Below, piece after piece: positions 46,100 to 56,259 of a DNA stretch of 64,000 nt. The notes beneath the pieces were generated by a model, which was not told where the DNA came from, made no database searches, and saw only the letters and a program-made list of their open reading frames with translations. The position numbers were made by a program, and so were the translations under genes. Source of the stretch: an uncultured virus (IMG/VR IMGVR_UViG_3300028187_000002) (lineage: Duplodnaviria; Heunggongvirae; Uroviricota; Caudoviricetes; Herelleviridae). The stretch lies in IMG/VR virus record IMGVR_UViG_3300028187_000002. One strand, given 5' to 3'. How positions within the stretch are numbered: the first letter of the stretch is position 1; every line of letters starts with the position of its first letter.

Positions 46100-47509
46100 A
46101 TGTTTCCTAACTTAGAAAACCAAGGCGGTCAAGGTTTCGGTACAGCAACACAGGCAGATGTGGATGCTCTTAATAAAGCCCTATCAGCAGGTCATGAGGT
46201 CAACCCTCTTGAGCTACAAGGCGGTGGAGCGTTCCGAGTTGAGTCACTTGAGAATAGCTTAAAAGTTCTTACTTATGGTGACCAACATATTAAATTCTGG
46301 AAGAAGATTCCTAAACAGACTGCATACTCTACTGTAGAGCAATACGGTCAGTTACTAGACTACGGACGTAACCAAGGAGCGTTCGTGGGTGAGGGTATGT
46401 TACCAGATACTAACGACTCTACTTACGCACGTAAGGCAGCATTCGTTAAGTTCTTAGGTACTACTCGTGAAGTTACACATCCAATGACATTAGTAAATAG
46501 TGCATTTGGTAACGTTGTAGCTCGACAAAACCAAGACGGTATCCTTTGGATGCTTAAACAGGTTGAGCAATCTTTATTCTGGGGTAACTCTAAGTTAAAG
46601 CCAGGTGGAGAAGAAGGTCGTGAGTGGGATGGTTTAGTTAACCTTATCGATAAGGAAAACACTATCGACTTAAAAGGTAACTACTTAGAAGAGCACCACA
46701 TGAACTGGGGCGCTCAAATGATCATCCAGAACTACGGTACTCCAACTGATATGTTCTTACCATTCGAAGTTATGGCACAGTTCTCTCAAGAGTTCTTCCC
46801 TAAAGAGCGTGTGTTAATGCCAACACAACAAGGCTACCAAGCTGGTGTGGTTGTTAACAAATTCATGACTCACGGTGGAGAAGTAGAGTTCAGCCCTGAT
46901 ATCTTCTTAACAAAAACTAAGCCTATGAGCATGAACGCTTCTAGCTATAAAGCTCCAGCTACTGGTACTTTAGCAGCAGTTATTGATGCTTCAGGTACTA
47001 CTGGTGACTTTGCTAAACAAGGCGGAGGTACTTACAAGTATGCTATTACATTAAACAACGACCACGGTGAGTCTATCCCATCTAACGTTGTATCTGTAAC
47101 ACTTACTGGTGCAGACCTTGCTAAAGGTGTTAAGTTAACTATCACTAACCCTGCTTCTACTGCATTCCCAGTTGATTACATCCGTGTATATCGTTCTGAG
47201 AAAGATGGCAACCAATTATATGAGGTTGACAAATTTGCAGTAACGTCTCAAGGTAGTGCAGCGACTACTGTTCGCACTGATAACGGTGAAACAATCGCTA
47301 ACACGTACACTTCATTTATGGGTGAGATGTCTTCAGAGATTATCGGCTTTAAACAGCTAGCTCCTATGATGAAGATGGATTTAGCTACGCTTGGTCCAGT
47401 TATCCGTTGGATGATTTTAATGTACGGTGTACCTGTACTTTATGCTCCGAAGAAATGGATGAAGTATACTAATATTAAAGCTGACGTACCAGGCTTTATT
47501 GGTGCTTAA
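46100..47509 (+). CDS. major capsid protein (Herelleviridae-like)
   Basis: K|ALSAG...GGAFRVESL N-terminus; STVEQY; WDGL; position. Confidence 0.9.
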   Translation: MFPNLENQGGQGFGTATQADVDALNKALSAGHEVNPLELQGGGAFRVESLENSLKVLTYGDQHIKFWKKIPKQTAYSTVEQYGQLLDYGRNQGAFVGEGMLPDTNDSTYARKAAFVKFLGTTREVTHPMTLVNSAFGNVVARQNQDGILWMLKQVEQSLFWGNSKLKPGGEEGREWDGLVNLIDKENTIDLKGNYLEEHHMNWGAQMIIQNYGTPTDMFLPFEVMAQFSQEFFPKERVLMPTQQGYQAGVVVNKFMTHGGEVEFSPDIFLTKTKPMSMNASSYKAPATGTLAAVIDASGTTGDFAKQGGGTYKYAITLNNDHGESIPSNVVSVTLTGADLAKGVKLTITNPASTAFPVDYIRVYRSEKDGNQLYEVDKFAVTSQGSAATTVRTDNGETIANTYTSFMGEMSSEIIGFKQLAPMMKMDLATLGPVIRWMILMYGVPVLYAPKKWMKYTNIKADVPGFIGA

Positions 47510-47531
47510 TATAAATAGATGATCCTATAGG

Positions 47532-47560
47532 AGGGAGTGGACTTAGTTCACTCCCTTTTA
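47532..47560 (+). terminator. intrinsic terminator after the MCP gene
   Basis: AGGGAGTG/CACTCCCT stem plus T-run. Confidence 0.65.
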
Positions 47561-47615
47561 TCATGCCCTACGATACATTGATTATATTATTATAAACTAT
47601 TAGGAGGTATTTGCT

Positions 47616-47876
47616 ATGCCAAAAGTACAAAACATTATGTTAAAGGGTCAAGAGGCAGTACTATCTACAGAAACAGTGGTATTCGATGAACATGGTATTG
47701 GAGAGATTAAGTCAGAGGAAGTATTTAACGGTGTCCTTGAGTTAAAGAACTTCTTCGCAGTAGAGGAAGCTAAGGAAGAGATTAAGGAAGAAATTAAAGA
47801 AGAGCCTAAGGAAGTAGAGAAAGAAGAGGAAAAGCCTAAGGCAAAGACGGCTTCTAAAACTACTGCTAAGAAATAA
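47616..47876 (+). CDS. hypothetical protein, E/K-rich tail
   Basis: AGGAGGT SD. Confidence 0.7.
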   Translation: MPKVQNIMLKGQEAVLSTETVVFDEHGIGEIKSEEVFNGVLELKNFFAVEEAKEEIKEEIKEEPKEVEKEEEKPKAKTASKTTAKK

Positions 47877-47890
47877 TAGGAGGGGTAATC

Positions 47891-48640
47891 ATGGATTTAT
47901 ATGTCAATTATGAAGACATTAATGCCCAGTTCCTAGTAGAGAACTACCTGTTTGGGGTTCCATTAGAAGACTTATATGGTAACAAGATGGGTGAGGGCTT
48001 GCTAGACCATTATATCAAGTCTGCAATACTCTATACACAACGTATGTTACAAGTCATCATTGAGCCACAAGAGATAGAGGATGAAGTGCATGATTACTAC
48101 CAAAATGACTTCATGAGCTGGGGATTCTTGCAGTTACACAAGAGACCTCTAGTAGAAGTACACAAACTACAAATGAACTTTGGTAGCTACAATGCAGCGG
48201 AAATACCTAAGGATTGGATACGACAATATGATATACCTGGACAAATACAGCTATTCCCTACACAGGGAAGTGCAGGCAGTATGATTATAGCACAGAATGG
48301 TTCATTCCTACCCCTAGCTCTAGGACAATACTCTAGTGCTCCTGGTATCTGGAGAGTTAGCTATAAAGCTGGTATGGAAAGAATTCCTCATGACTTAGTA
48401 GAATACATTATGAAGCGTGCTTCTATTGGTATCCTTCAAGTATGGGGTGACTTAATCATCGGTGCTGGTATTGCCAACCAGACCATCAGTATTGACGGTC
48501 TATCTCAATCCATTGGTACTACACAGTCTCCAGAGTTCTCTGGTGCTGGTGCTCGTATTAAGAACTATTCAGATGACATGAAAGACCTAGAGAAACGCCT
48601 AAAAGATACTTATTTAGGTATTAGTATGGGTCTTCTATAG
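47891..48640 (+). CDS. head-tail adaptor/neck protein
   Basis: LQVWGDLIIGAGIA..SIDGLSQSIGTTQS; position. Confidence 0.75.
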   Translation: MDLYVNYEDINAQFLVENYLFGVPLEDLYGNKMGEGLLDHYIKSAILYTQRMLQVIIEPQEIEDEVHDYYQNDFMSWGFLQLHKRPLVEVHKLQMNFGSYNAAEIPKDWIRQYDIPGQIQLFPTQGSAGSMIIAQNGSFLPLALGQYSSAPGIWRVSYKAGMERIPHDLVEYIMKRASIGILQVWGDLIIGAGIANQTISIDGLSQSIGTTQSPEFSGAGARIKNYSDDMKDLEKRLKDTYLGISMGLL

Positions 48641-48652
48641 GAGGTAAGTAGG

Positions 48653-49369
48653 ATGACACAACCGTATAACTACAACCTCCCTACTGGTAACCAAGTTCGG
48701 GCTGACTTAAAGCCCGAACTATTTGATTCTGCTATACTACAAAAAGGTTACACTGTCATATGGGAACAAGGCATGTTCTGTCCTTGTATTGATATGAGGT
48801 CTGGTCAACCTGACTACGCTTGCCCTGAATGTGGGGGTAAAGGTTACGCTTACTTTGGTGCAAAGGAAACTAAAGCATTGGTAACCAGTATCAGTGGTAA
48901 TAAAGACCAAGACCACATAGGTCTCAATGAACAGGGTTCAGCTTACCTTACTCCTTTAAGTACAGATATGGTAGGGTTTAGGGATAAATTCACTTTTGTA
49001 GACTTTGATATTAAATTCTCTGAAGTGATAGCTAGAAGTGAGACTGCACTTGATAGACTGGATTATCAGGCTCTAAAAGTAATCATGGTCAAGTCCTTAC
49101 ACAAGGAGTTCACAGAAGGCTTTGATTACCTAGTGACTAACGATGGTAAGGATATCGAGTGGATCAATCCTTCAGCATTACAGCCTAAAGAAAGATACTC
49201 AATCCTTTATACTACTAAGCCAGTGTATATTGCTATCGGTCCAATACATGACCTTAGGGGCACTTACACGATGGCTAAAGGTGGAGGGGTGGAGAGCTTT
49301 GTTAGACTTCCTTCACAATTCCATATCAAGAGGGAGGATTTACTAGATGAGACTTTCAGTGCAGGTTGA
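48653..49369 (+). CDS. neck/head-completion protein
   Basis: WEQ..CPC....CPECGGKG; position. Confidence 0.7.
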   Translation: MTQPYNYNLPTGNQVRADLKPELFDSAILQKGYTVIWEQGMFCPCIDMRSGQPDYACPECGGKGYAYFGAKETKALVTSISGNKDQDHIGLNEQGSAYLTPLSTDMVGFRDKFTFVDFDIKFSEVIARSETALDRLDYQALKVIMVKSLHKEFTEGFDYLVTNDGKDIEWINPSALQPKERYSILYTTKPVYIAIGPIHDLRGTYTMAKGGGVESFVRLPSQFHIKREDLLDETFSAG

Positions 49370-49559
49370 TATGGCTAGTCTAGAAGCCCTCGTAAAGGAT
49401 ACGAAACGTGGAGTAGAATGGGGTAACGGAGAAGACCAATTCTATATACAGAATCCACAGTTTAAACAGGAGGAGAAAGAGGTATCTAGACCAGTAATGA
49501 AAGCTAAGGTTGAAGATGCTACTCCTAAGAAAGTTAAACTTAAATGGGGGAGGTTATAG
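49347..49559 (+). CDS. hypothetical protein
   Basis: GGGAGG SD. Confidence 0.55.
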   Translation: MRLSVQVDMASLEALVKDTKRGVEWGNGEDQFYIQNPQFKQEEKEVSRPVMKAKVEDATPKKVKLKWGRL

Positions 49560-50395
49560 ACTTGATTCCGTTAATCGAGGATTATATCATTGAAAACATA
49601 GAAAACAAGTTAGACCTGCTTAAAAAGAATCCTTCCGCTATCAGTCGAATTGTGAAGCTAGATAAGGCAAGGCTGGATATGATAAGCAAATATCTAACTA
49701 AGAAAGAAATTCTTCTAAAGAAAGGCTACCCTAGAACACCTGCTGAATTACCTTGTATAGCTATCATGCTATCCACAGAGGATGAGACAGAAGAGGGTTT
49801 AGGAGACATGGGGTACAGTGGAGATGACCAATCCTTCCTTACTGTGGGGTTACCTGTTAAATACGGAACAATAGGATGGGAGATTCAACTGACTAAGCCG
49901 AATGTACAAAAGGTTCACAGTATACGTCATAATGATACTGGGATGACTATCGAACAGTATGATGTTGACTATGCAAAGTCTAAAATTATTATTCATGATG
50001 AGGGCTTTGTAGAAGAAGGTGACATCTTTACTATTGAGTTTAGCTACACTAGTGGTGCACAAGAGACAGTACGAACGATGTTTGAAGCTGAGTATAGGAT
50101 AGAAGTCTGGACAGAGAATGGAGACTTGACCGTAGACTTATACCACTTAGTTAAGTGGGCAATGTTATCAGGCAGGGACTTCCTCATAGATGAGAAAGAC
50201 ATCTACAGACAAAAGCTATCAGGTGGAGATTTTGAACCAGTACGTAGCTTTGAACCAGCGTTTGTATACAGAAGAGCATTAACCTTCTGGTGTCAATTTA
50301 GTGTAGACCCTATCAAAGATATACTCGATGATGACCTTCATGTAGTTACAGAAGTCCATGTGAATCAAGAGTATTATAATAGGGAGGATTCCTAA
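49544..50395 (+). CDS. probable tail terminator/neck protein
   Basis: position directly upstream of the sheath; GYPR..LPCIAI. Confidence 0.6.
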   Translation: MGEVIDLIPLIEDYIIENIENKLDLLKKNPSAISRIVKLDKARLDMISKYLTKKEILLKKGYPRTPAELPCIAIMLSTEDETEEGLGDMGYSGDDQSFLTVGLPVKYGTIGWEIQLTKPNVQKVHSIRHNDTGMTIEQYDVDYAKSKIIIHDEGFVEEGDIFTIEFSYTSGAQETVRTMFEAEYRIEVWTENGDLTVDLYHLVKWAMLSGRDFLIDEKDIYRQKLSGGDFEPVRSFEPAFVYRRALTFWCQFSVDPIKDILDDDLHVVTEVHVNQEYYNREDS

Positions 50396-50595
50396 TGGCT
50401 ACTAAAAAGGAAGATACAAAAGTAGTACCTGTCGAGGAGATTCCTAGCTCTCGTATTCATTTCCGTGAGTTCATTCAGTTGCACACAAACCTAGACGCTG
50501 TAACAAGCGCAGGATTTAAGTCTACTTGTGGCTCTACGGAATGGATGTATTTAGAAGAGTGGCAGGAATGTTTAGACAAGTACAAATCAATATAA
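50395..50595 (+). CDS. small virion/tail protein
   Basis: GGAGG SD; position before the sheath. Confidence 0.6.
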   Translation: MATKKEDTKVVPVEEIPSSRIHFREFIQLHTNLDAVTSAGFKSTCGSTEWMYLEEWQECLDKYKSI

Positions 50596-50609
50596 GAGAG
50601 GTGTTTTAA

Positions 50610-52337
50610 ATGGCTTACGAAAACTCTGGTATTACGTTTAACGGACGTAGAATTATCCATCCAGGTGCTTATGATCGCATAGACACTAGTGCTATGACAG
50701 CCTCTACTCCTGGTAGCTTAAATAGACCTATCTTAATAGGTACTGCTGATGCTGGTGAAGCAGGTAAGGTAATGTGGTGGACAGACCCAAGTAAGGCTAG
50801 AGCATACTTTAAGAGTGGTGACCTACCTACTGCGGTTGAACTAGCGTTCTCTCCTCTACCAGAAGGTGGTGGCGGTGCATCTATCGTTGGTACGTTACTA
50901 GTTAACCCAACAGTTGCAGCTACTAAAGATGTAGGTGGAGGTAAGTGGACTGCTAAGGAGTTCGGTGCTATAGGTAACGAAATCCAAGTTAAGATGGAAG
51001 ATGGTACTCTTGCAGGTACAAAGAAAGTTTCTGTATACCGCTTTAGTACTAATGACGTTGAATCTTGGGATAACATCGGTGCTATCTTAGAAGTAAACTA
51101 TACAGGGTCTAAGGCTTATGCTGAGATTGCTGTAGCTTCTGGTGTTGTGACTACTAAGACTGGTGCTGATTCAGCTACAGCTACTGTAGACTTAACTGTT
51201 GATGGTAAGCTTCCACAGTACAGCACAGTAGATGCTTTAGTATCTTACATCAATAGCATGTCTGGATACTCTGCTCGTATCATCAATATGGCTGATGCGA
51301 AAATGCCTGTAACTGCTTTAGATACAGTGACAGCAGTAGCTATCAAGAATGCTCCTAAAACGTTACTGTCTGCTAAGATAGGTATTGAGACACGTGTAAA
51401 CGTATCATCCCTATTGGTGAATGTGTCTATCACGGGTACTCCAGCAAACTTCCCTTGGACGTACTTAGCAGGAGGACAAAAAGGTACTACACCTGCTTCA
51501 TGGTCACCTCACTTTAGTACACTACGTAAGGAGTTCTTCGACTTACTTTGTGTCCTATCCTCTGAGAGTGCTATCCATGCAGAGGCAGCAGCACACGTGC
51601 AAGTAATGGAAACACGTAGACAGAAGCAGTACTTATTCTTCGGTGGTGCAGGGGATGACCCACAAGCTCCAGAGGATAAGACTAAAGCTAAACAACGTGC
51701 ATCTGCAATGAACTACCGTAGAGCGGTACTTTGCTACCCAGCAATTTACCACCCAATCGTAGAGAGTGGTAAGAAATTGTTACCAGGATATATGACTGCT
51801 GCTATGGTGTGTGGACGTGTAGCTGGAGTACCAACTTCAGAGCCTATCACGTTCGACTTCTTCAATATATCTGGTTTAGGGGTAGACTTGGTAGCAGGTG
51901 ACCCAGATATTGATGAATTAATCGCTTCAGGTGTATGTGTAATGGAACGAGTTCAGAATGGTGGAATTCGCCTAGCACAAGGTGTAACAACGTATCTTGG
52001 ACCAGTACGTACACCTAACGTAGAGATCAGTACAGGACGTACAGCAGATGAAGTTTCTGACCGTGTTACAAATAGATTAGAAGACACATTTGTAGGCTCT
52101 AGCTCTGCAATTGCTACTAATTCTTCTGTAACTACAGAAGCTACTAACGTCTTAGACGAATGTACACGTGAGAAGTTAATTCTTGGATACCGTAACATTC
52201 GAGTACGATTCGAAGGTACTGCTGTATATGTTGATTATGAAGCTGCTATCACAGAGCCAATCAACTTTATCCTAGTTACATCTCACTTTGTTCCATCTAG
52301 TACGTTTAATAACCTAGTAGAGGGACAACAAATCTAA
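50610..52337 (+). CDS. contractile tail sheath protein
   Basis: IHPGAY N-terminus; AAMVCGRVAG; QGVTT; EPINFI. Confidence 0.9.
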   Translation: MAYENSGITFNGRRIIHPGAYDRIDTSAMTASTPGSLNRPILIGTADAGEAGKVMWWTDPSKARAYFKSGDLPTAVELAFSPLPEGGGGASIVGTLLVNPTVAATKDVGGGKWTAKEFGAIGNEIQVKMEDGTLAGTKKVSVYRFSTNDVESWDNIGAILEVNYTGSKAYAEIAVASGVVTTKTGADSATATVDLTVDGKLPQYSTVDALVSYINSMSGYSARIINMADAKMPVTALDTVTAVAIKNAPKTLLSAKIGIETRVNVSSLLVNVSITGTPANFPWTYLAGGQKGTTPASWSPHFSTLRKEFFDLLCVLSSESAIHAEAAAHVQVMETRRQKQYLFFGGAGDDPQAPEDKTKAKQRASAMNYRRAVLCYPAIYHPIVESGKKLLPGYMTAAMVCGRVAGVPTSEPITFDFFNISGLGVDLVAGDPDIDELIASGVCVMERVQNGGIRLAQGVTTYLGPVRTPNVEISTGRTADEVSDRVTNRLEDTFVGSSSAIATNSSVTTEATNVLDECTREKLILGYRNIRVRFEGTAVYVDYEAAITEPINFILVTSHFVPSSTFNNLVEGQQI

Positions 52338-52351
52338 GGAGGTGACTACCT

Positions 52352-52765
52352 ATGGGAATGGTAGATAAACAGACGGTACACGCTGGTCATACCATAAACA
52401 TCCGTATCAGGGGTGAAATCGTTGGTAGGATTCAGGGCTTAGACGGTGAGCGTGATTTCGGTACAGAAGGTGTATACGAAATCGGTTCAATGATGCCACA
52501 AGAACACGTACACAATAAGTATACTGGTTCTGTAACATGTGAGCGATTCTTCGTACGTAAGAAAGACCTTGCACGTATCGGAATGGCTTCTGTGGGTGAA
52601 GAGGTACTGAAGAAAGATGTTATCACTATCGAGGTAGTAGATAAGTACACTAAAGAGATTGTTCGTTCTTACCACGGATGCTCTATTGGTAACTATCGTG
52701 AGAACTTCCGAGTTAATGCTATCGCAGGTGAAAACGCTAGCTTCCAATACCTATATGCAAGCTAA
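52352..52765 (+). CDS. tail tube protein
   Basis: QTVHAG..GTEGVYEIGSMMPQEHV; follows the sheath. Confidence 0.88.
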   Translation: MGMVDKQTVHAGHTINIRIRGEIVGRIQGLDGERDFGTEGVYEIGSMMPQEHVHNKYTGSVTCERFFVRKKDLARIGMASVGEEVLKKDVITIEVVDKYTKEIVRSYHGCSIGNYRENFRVNAIAGENASFQYLYAS

Positions 52766-52783
52766 TAATACCAACAATAGTGG

Positions 52784-52825
52784 GAGCAGGAGTATAACTT
52801 ACATACTCCTGCTCCTATTTTTATT
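52784..52825 (+). terminator. intrinsic terminator
   Basis: GAGCAGGAGTAT/ATACTCCTGCTC stem plus T-run. Confidence 0.7.
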
Positions 52826-52853
52826 ATGAATTAAAACTCAAGGAGGTATTACT

Positions 52854-53294
52854 ATGTCAGAGAATATTAAAACTGTTACACTTAACACGTTACAGGACAT
52901 TAACCAAGGGGATGCACGTACTCATACTTTTAAAGCAGACTTCACAGATGTAGACCCAGAATTCGTAGGTATGTTCACAGTACATCACCCTAATATGATG
53001 GATGAGTTAGCTATTGGACGTCTATATGCAAGCTTAAAAGGTGGGTTGGAAGTAGACCAGTTCACAGACAATATCGCTACAGTTGTCTCTACACTAGATG
53101 TAGTGTTAGATAAGAAACCTGAATGGTTCCACGTTGGTAACTCAAAGGTAGACTATCCTATGTGGGAAGTTATCTACTTAGAGTACAGAAACTGGGTGGA
53201 ATCCTTTCGTAAGCCAGATAAAAAAGATAACAATGAAGGAGATAGCAAAGACAAGCCAAGCGAGGTTCGAGTGGTGGGTACAGACCAAGTTTAA
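52854..53294 (+). CDS. tail assembly chaperone (G-like)
   Basis: between tube and tape measure; AAGGAGGT SD. Confidence 0.75.
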   Translation: MSENIKTVTLNTLQDINQGDARTHTFKADFTDVDPEFVGMFTVHHPNMMDELAIGRLYASLKGGLEVDQFTDNIATVVSTLDVVLDKKPEWFHVGNSKVDYPMWEVIYLEYRNWVESFRKPDKKDNNEGDSKDKPSEVRVVGTDQV

Positions 53295-53547
53295 TGTTCT
53301 GTCTACAGACCCTAGATATAAAGCCTTGACAACCGAGCAATTTGACCTTATGTATCATCACTACCTTCTAGATAACCCAGAGGAAGAGGATGTAGTTAAG
53401 GCTGCTAATGACCCTGACTATAAGGAAGATGAGCCTGAACACTATGAAGACCCAGACTTCAAACATGCATGGGATAACATGGATGATGACGAGGTTGTAC
53501 AGGATACTACAGGTAAGAAAGAAGAGGACGAATTTGAGGAGGTGTAG
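53233..53547 (+). CDS. tail assembly chaperone extension (T-like), probably reached by +1 frameshift
   Basis: overlapping +1 frame, no SD, TCC TTT CGT at 53202. Confidence 0.6.
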   Translation: MKEIAKTSQARFEWWVQTKFNVLSTDPRYKALTTEQFDLMYHHYLLDNPEEEDVVKAANDPDYKEDEPEHYEDPDFKHAWDNMDDDEVVQDTTGKKEEDEFEEV

Positions 53548-53550
53548 TAG

Positions 53551-56247
53551 ATGGCTAGAAATCGGACAGATGCTGATATTAAGTTTAGGGCTGATACTAC
53601 AGATGCCCTCTCTGACATAAAGCAACTGGAAAGCAAGGTAGCCAAGCTAAAGGACTTAGCTAACCAGGGTGAGCACTCTCAGGGAGGGCTACTCTCCTAC
53701 AGACAAGTCTCTATGTACAGAAAAATCCTAGGTGAAACTGAACAACTCTATGATAAGCACTATAAACGCTTGGAACGTATGGAAGCGGATTATGGACGTA
53801 AGGTAGAGGAAAATCAGAAGAAGATTAAGAAGTATCAGGAACAACTTAGGAATGCTCAAGGGGGCAATAAGTGGGGCGATGTAGCAAGCCCTAGGGTACA
53901 GCAGTTCTATCAGTCTAGGCTAGACCAAGCTACTGCTGATAGGGACAAAATTAAATCTGGTTCTAATGAAGCTGAAATGCAACGCCTACGTTCAGTTATA
54001 GACCAGATGAATCCCTCTATACAACAACGTAATGATAACCGTGACCGTATAGATAGAATGCATGAACGTGACCCTGTAACCGAGCGTATGCTCTACGGGG
54101 TTACCTCTGCTGTACAGTCAGCAGGTATTATTGCTAGTATAGGTCAGATGTTCAATTATGGTAACCGATACGCTGATATACTGAGACCACAGGAACTACA
54201 GGCTTCTCAAATGGGGCAGAAAATTGGCTACGGTGAAGGTGGCAATGATGAAACCCTCCGTGAGAGAGCAGTAAATGTAGGCTTAAAGAATCAGTATAAA
54301 ACAGGGGAAACTCTACAAACACAGTCCATATTGGCTGCTGGTGGTAGGACTAATCTAGACAAGCTAGATGCAGATACTGAATCAGCACAATCATTTGGAC
54401 GTAATACGGGTACTAACCCTGACCAACTTGCTAATATGGGTAGTATGCTCCAACGTATGGGGGCTATGGATGAGGGGCAAATGAAACGCTTATCAGACTT
54501 GATAGGTGGTGCTGTAGCTAAAACCAAGATGAGTGGTCGAGAAGAGGAAATGATGAGAGCGACTACTTCTCTAGCACAATCAGTGAGTAGAGGGCTACCA
54601 GAATTTAAGGATGACCAGTTCAAGAACATGTTATCTGCACAAGTCATGTTAGGTCAGCTATCTCCAGAGCTTAAAGGTGAGCGTGGCTCTAAGTTACTAG
54701 GAACTATGGATGCAGGTTTCAAGGAAGGTAACCATACCTTAGACGTATTAATGCGTAATGGTAACTCTGATTTCTTAGGAGTAGAGGGTACTTGGAAAAT
54801 GAAACTGCAACAAGAAGAGGGTATATCAAACCCTAAAAACATCACTGACCTAGTAAAAGGCTTGAAAGCTACCTATGGTAAGGATGTATTGAAGACCAGT
54901 CAAGGTCAGGCAGTAGCAGGTATGTCCCTATCCCAAGGTCTTGGAGTATCTAAGAAAGAGAGTCAGAAACTTATTGAATCTGGCTTCCTAGAGAAGATGG
55001 AGCAAGGGAAAATGCCTACTTCTAAGGAACTTGAAGATGCAGGTATGAAAGACTTAGCGAAAAAGGCAAAAGCATGGGATAACGCTGAATCTAAGAACTG
55101 GACAGGGAATGAAGCAGGGTATGAGCGAACTGGTACTGAAACTGGAGGTAATATCTGGTCAGGTATCTCTAGCTATGCTGGGCAGGCATTTAACTCTCTT
55201 AATCCATGGGTAGCATTCGGTGGCATGTCTGCTATGGCTCTAGGTGGAACCTACATGATGGGTAAGTATGGTAGACCAGGTCTATCTAGGGGCTTGACTA
55301 ATCTACTAAGACCTGACATAGGTCAGCAACGTGGAGCACCAGGTACCTCTCCTAGAGGTAACTTCTTAGGCAATGTTAGGAATACTGCTGGTAACCTTTG
55401 GAACTCTACTAAGTCTGGTGCAGGCTCTTTATGGAACTCTGCTAAGAGTGGTGGCTCTAAGGCTTGGAACTGGGGTAAAGGTCTCTTTAAAGGCGGTGGT
55501 GGAGGAGGTACTCCTCCTAGTGGTGGCGCTCCTGCTGGTGGTGGCTTCTGGAATGGAGCAAAGAGCCTAGGAGGAAAGGTACTCGGTCCACTAGCTACTG
55601 TAGGTAGTATGACATGGGCTGCTGACTTAGGGGATGACGCAGGGGACTGGTTATTCGGACACGACAAAGGACAGCTAAAGCCTAAGCCTATGCTAGATCC
55701 ATTTGGTAAGGATGAGTACTACAAAGAGGAAAAACGTAATGCCTTTGTACGTGGATGGAATTGGCTAACTGGTGATGAGGAAGAAGATAAGAAGAAGGAA
55801 GAGGCTAAGAAAAAAGAGGTTAAAAAGAAAGAAGCCGAACCTCTACCTAAAACTGAAAAAGACACTGCCAAGCCAATACCAGAAGCTAAGAAGGATGAGG
55901 GAACCGATAGCACTAAGAAAGAGCTAGAGGTGGACAGTATTAAAGTCAAGGATAAGTCTGTACAGGAATACCTAACTAAGGAGAAGGATGGAGTTAAATC
56001 TACTCCTGGCTCTAAAGCATCCTCTAAAGAGGACGTAGACACTAACATCAAGTTAGTTAAAATAGAGCACACTGTTAGGGTTGAATGGACAGGCAACAAC
56101 TTATCTCCAGACAATGAATACAAGGTTTCAGGTAGTATCTCTAACTACTTCTCTACTGCAACTGATATCCTCATGGGTAAAGGTGGTAATGGAGGGGCAA
56201 CTGCATTTGGAGGTATGAATCTATCCAGAGACCAGAGCCGAGAATAG
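53551..56247 (+). CDS. tail tape measure protein
   Basis: long helical A/G-rich ORF after the chaperones. Confidence 0.8.
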   Translation: MARNRTDADIKFRADTTDALSDIKQLESKVAKLKDLANQGEHSQGGLLSYRQVSMYRKILGETEQLYDKHYKRLERMEADYGRKVEENQKKIKKYQEQLRNAQGGNKWGDVASPRVQQFYQSRLDQATADRDKIKSGSNEAEMQRLRSVIDQMNPSIQQRNDNRDRIDRMHERDPVTERMLYGVTSAVQSAGIIASIGQMFNYGNRYADILRPQELQASQMGQKIGYGEGGNDETLRERAVNVGLKNQYKTGETLQTQSILAAGGRTNLDKLDADTESAQSFGRNTGTNPDQLANMGSMLQRMGAMDEGQMKRLSDLIGGAVAKTKMSGREEEMMRATTSLAQSVSRGLPEFKDDQFKNMLSAQVMLGQLSPELKGERGSKLLGTMDAGFKEGNHTLDVLMRNGNSDFLGVEGTWKMKLQQEEGISNPKNITDLVKGLKATYGKDVLKTSQGQAVAGMSLSQGLGVSKKESQKLIESGFLEKMEQGKMPTSKELEDAGMKDLAKKAKAWDNAESKNWTGNEAGYERTGTETGGNIWSGISSYAGQAFNSLNPWVAFGGMSAMALGGTYMMGKYGRPGLSRGLTNLLRPDIGQQRGAPGTSPRGNFLGNVRNTAGNLWNSTKSGAGSLWNSAKSGGSKAWNWGKGLFKGGGGGGTPPSGGAPAGGGFWNGAKSLGGKVLGPLATVGSMTWAADLGDDAGDWLFGHDKGQLKPKPMLDPFGKDEYYKEEKRNAFVRGWNWLTGDEEEDKKKEEAKKKEVKKKEAEPLPKTEKDTAKPIPEAKKDEGTDSTKKELEVDSIKVKDKSVQEYLTKEKDGVKSTPGSKASSKEDVDTNIKLVKIEHTVRVEWTGNNLSPDNEYKVSGSISNYFSTATDILMGKGGNGGATAFGGMNLSRDQSRE

Positions 56248-56259
56248 GGAGGTTATATC

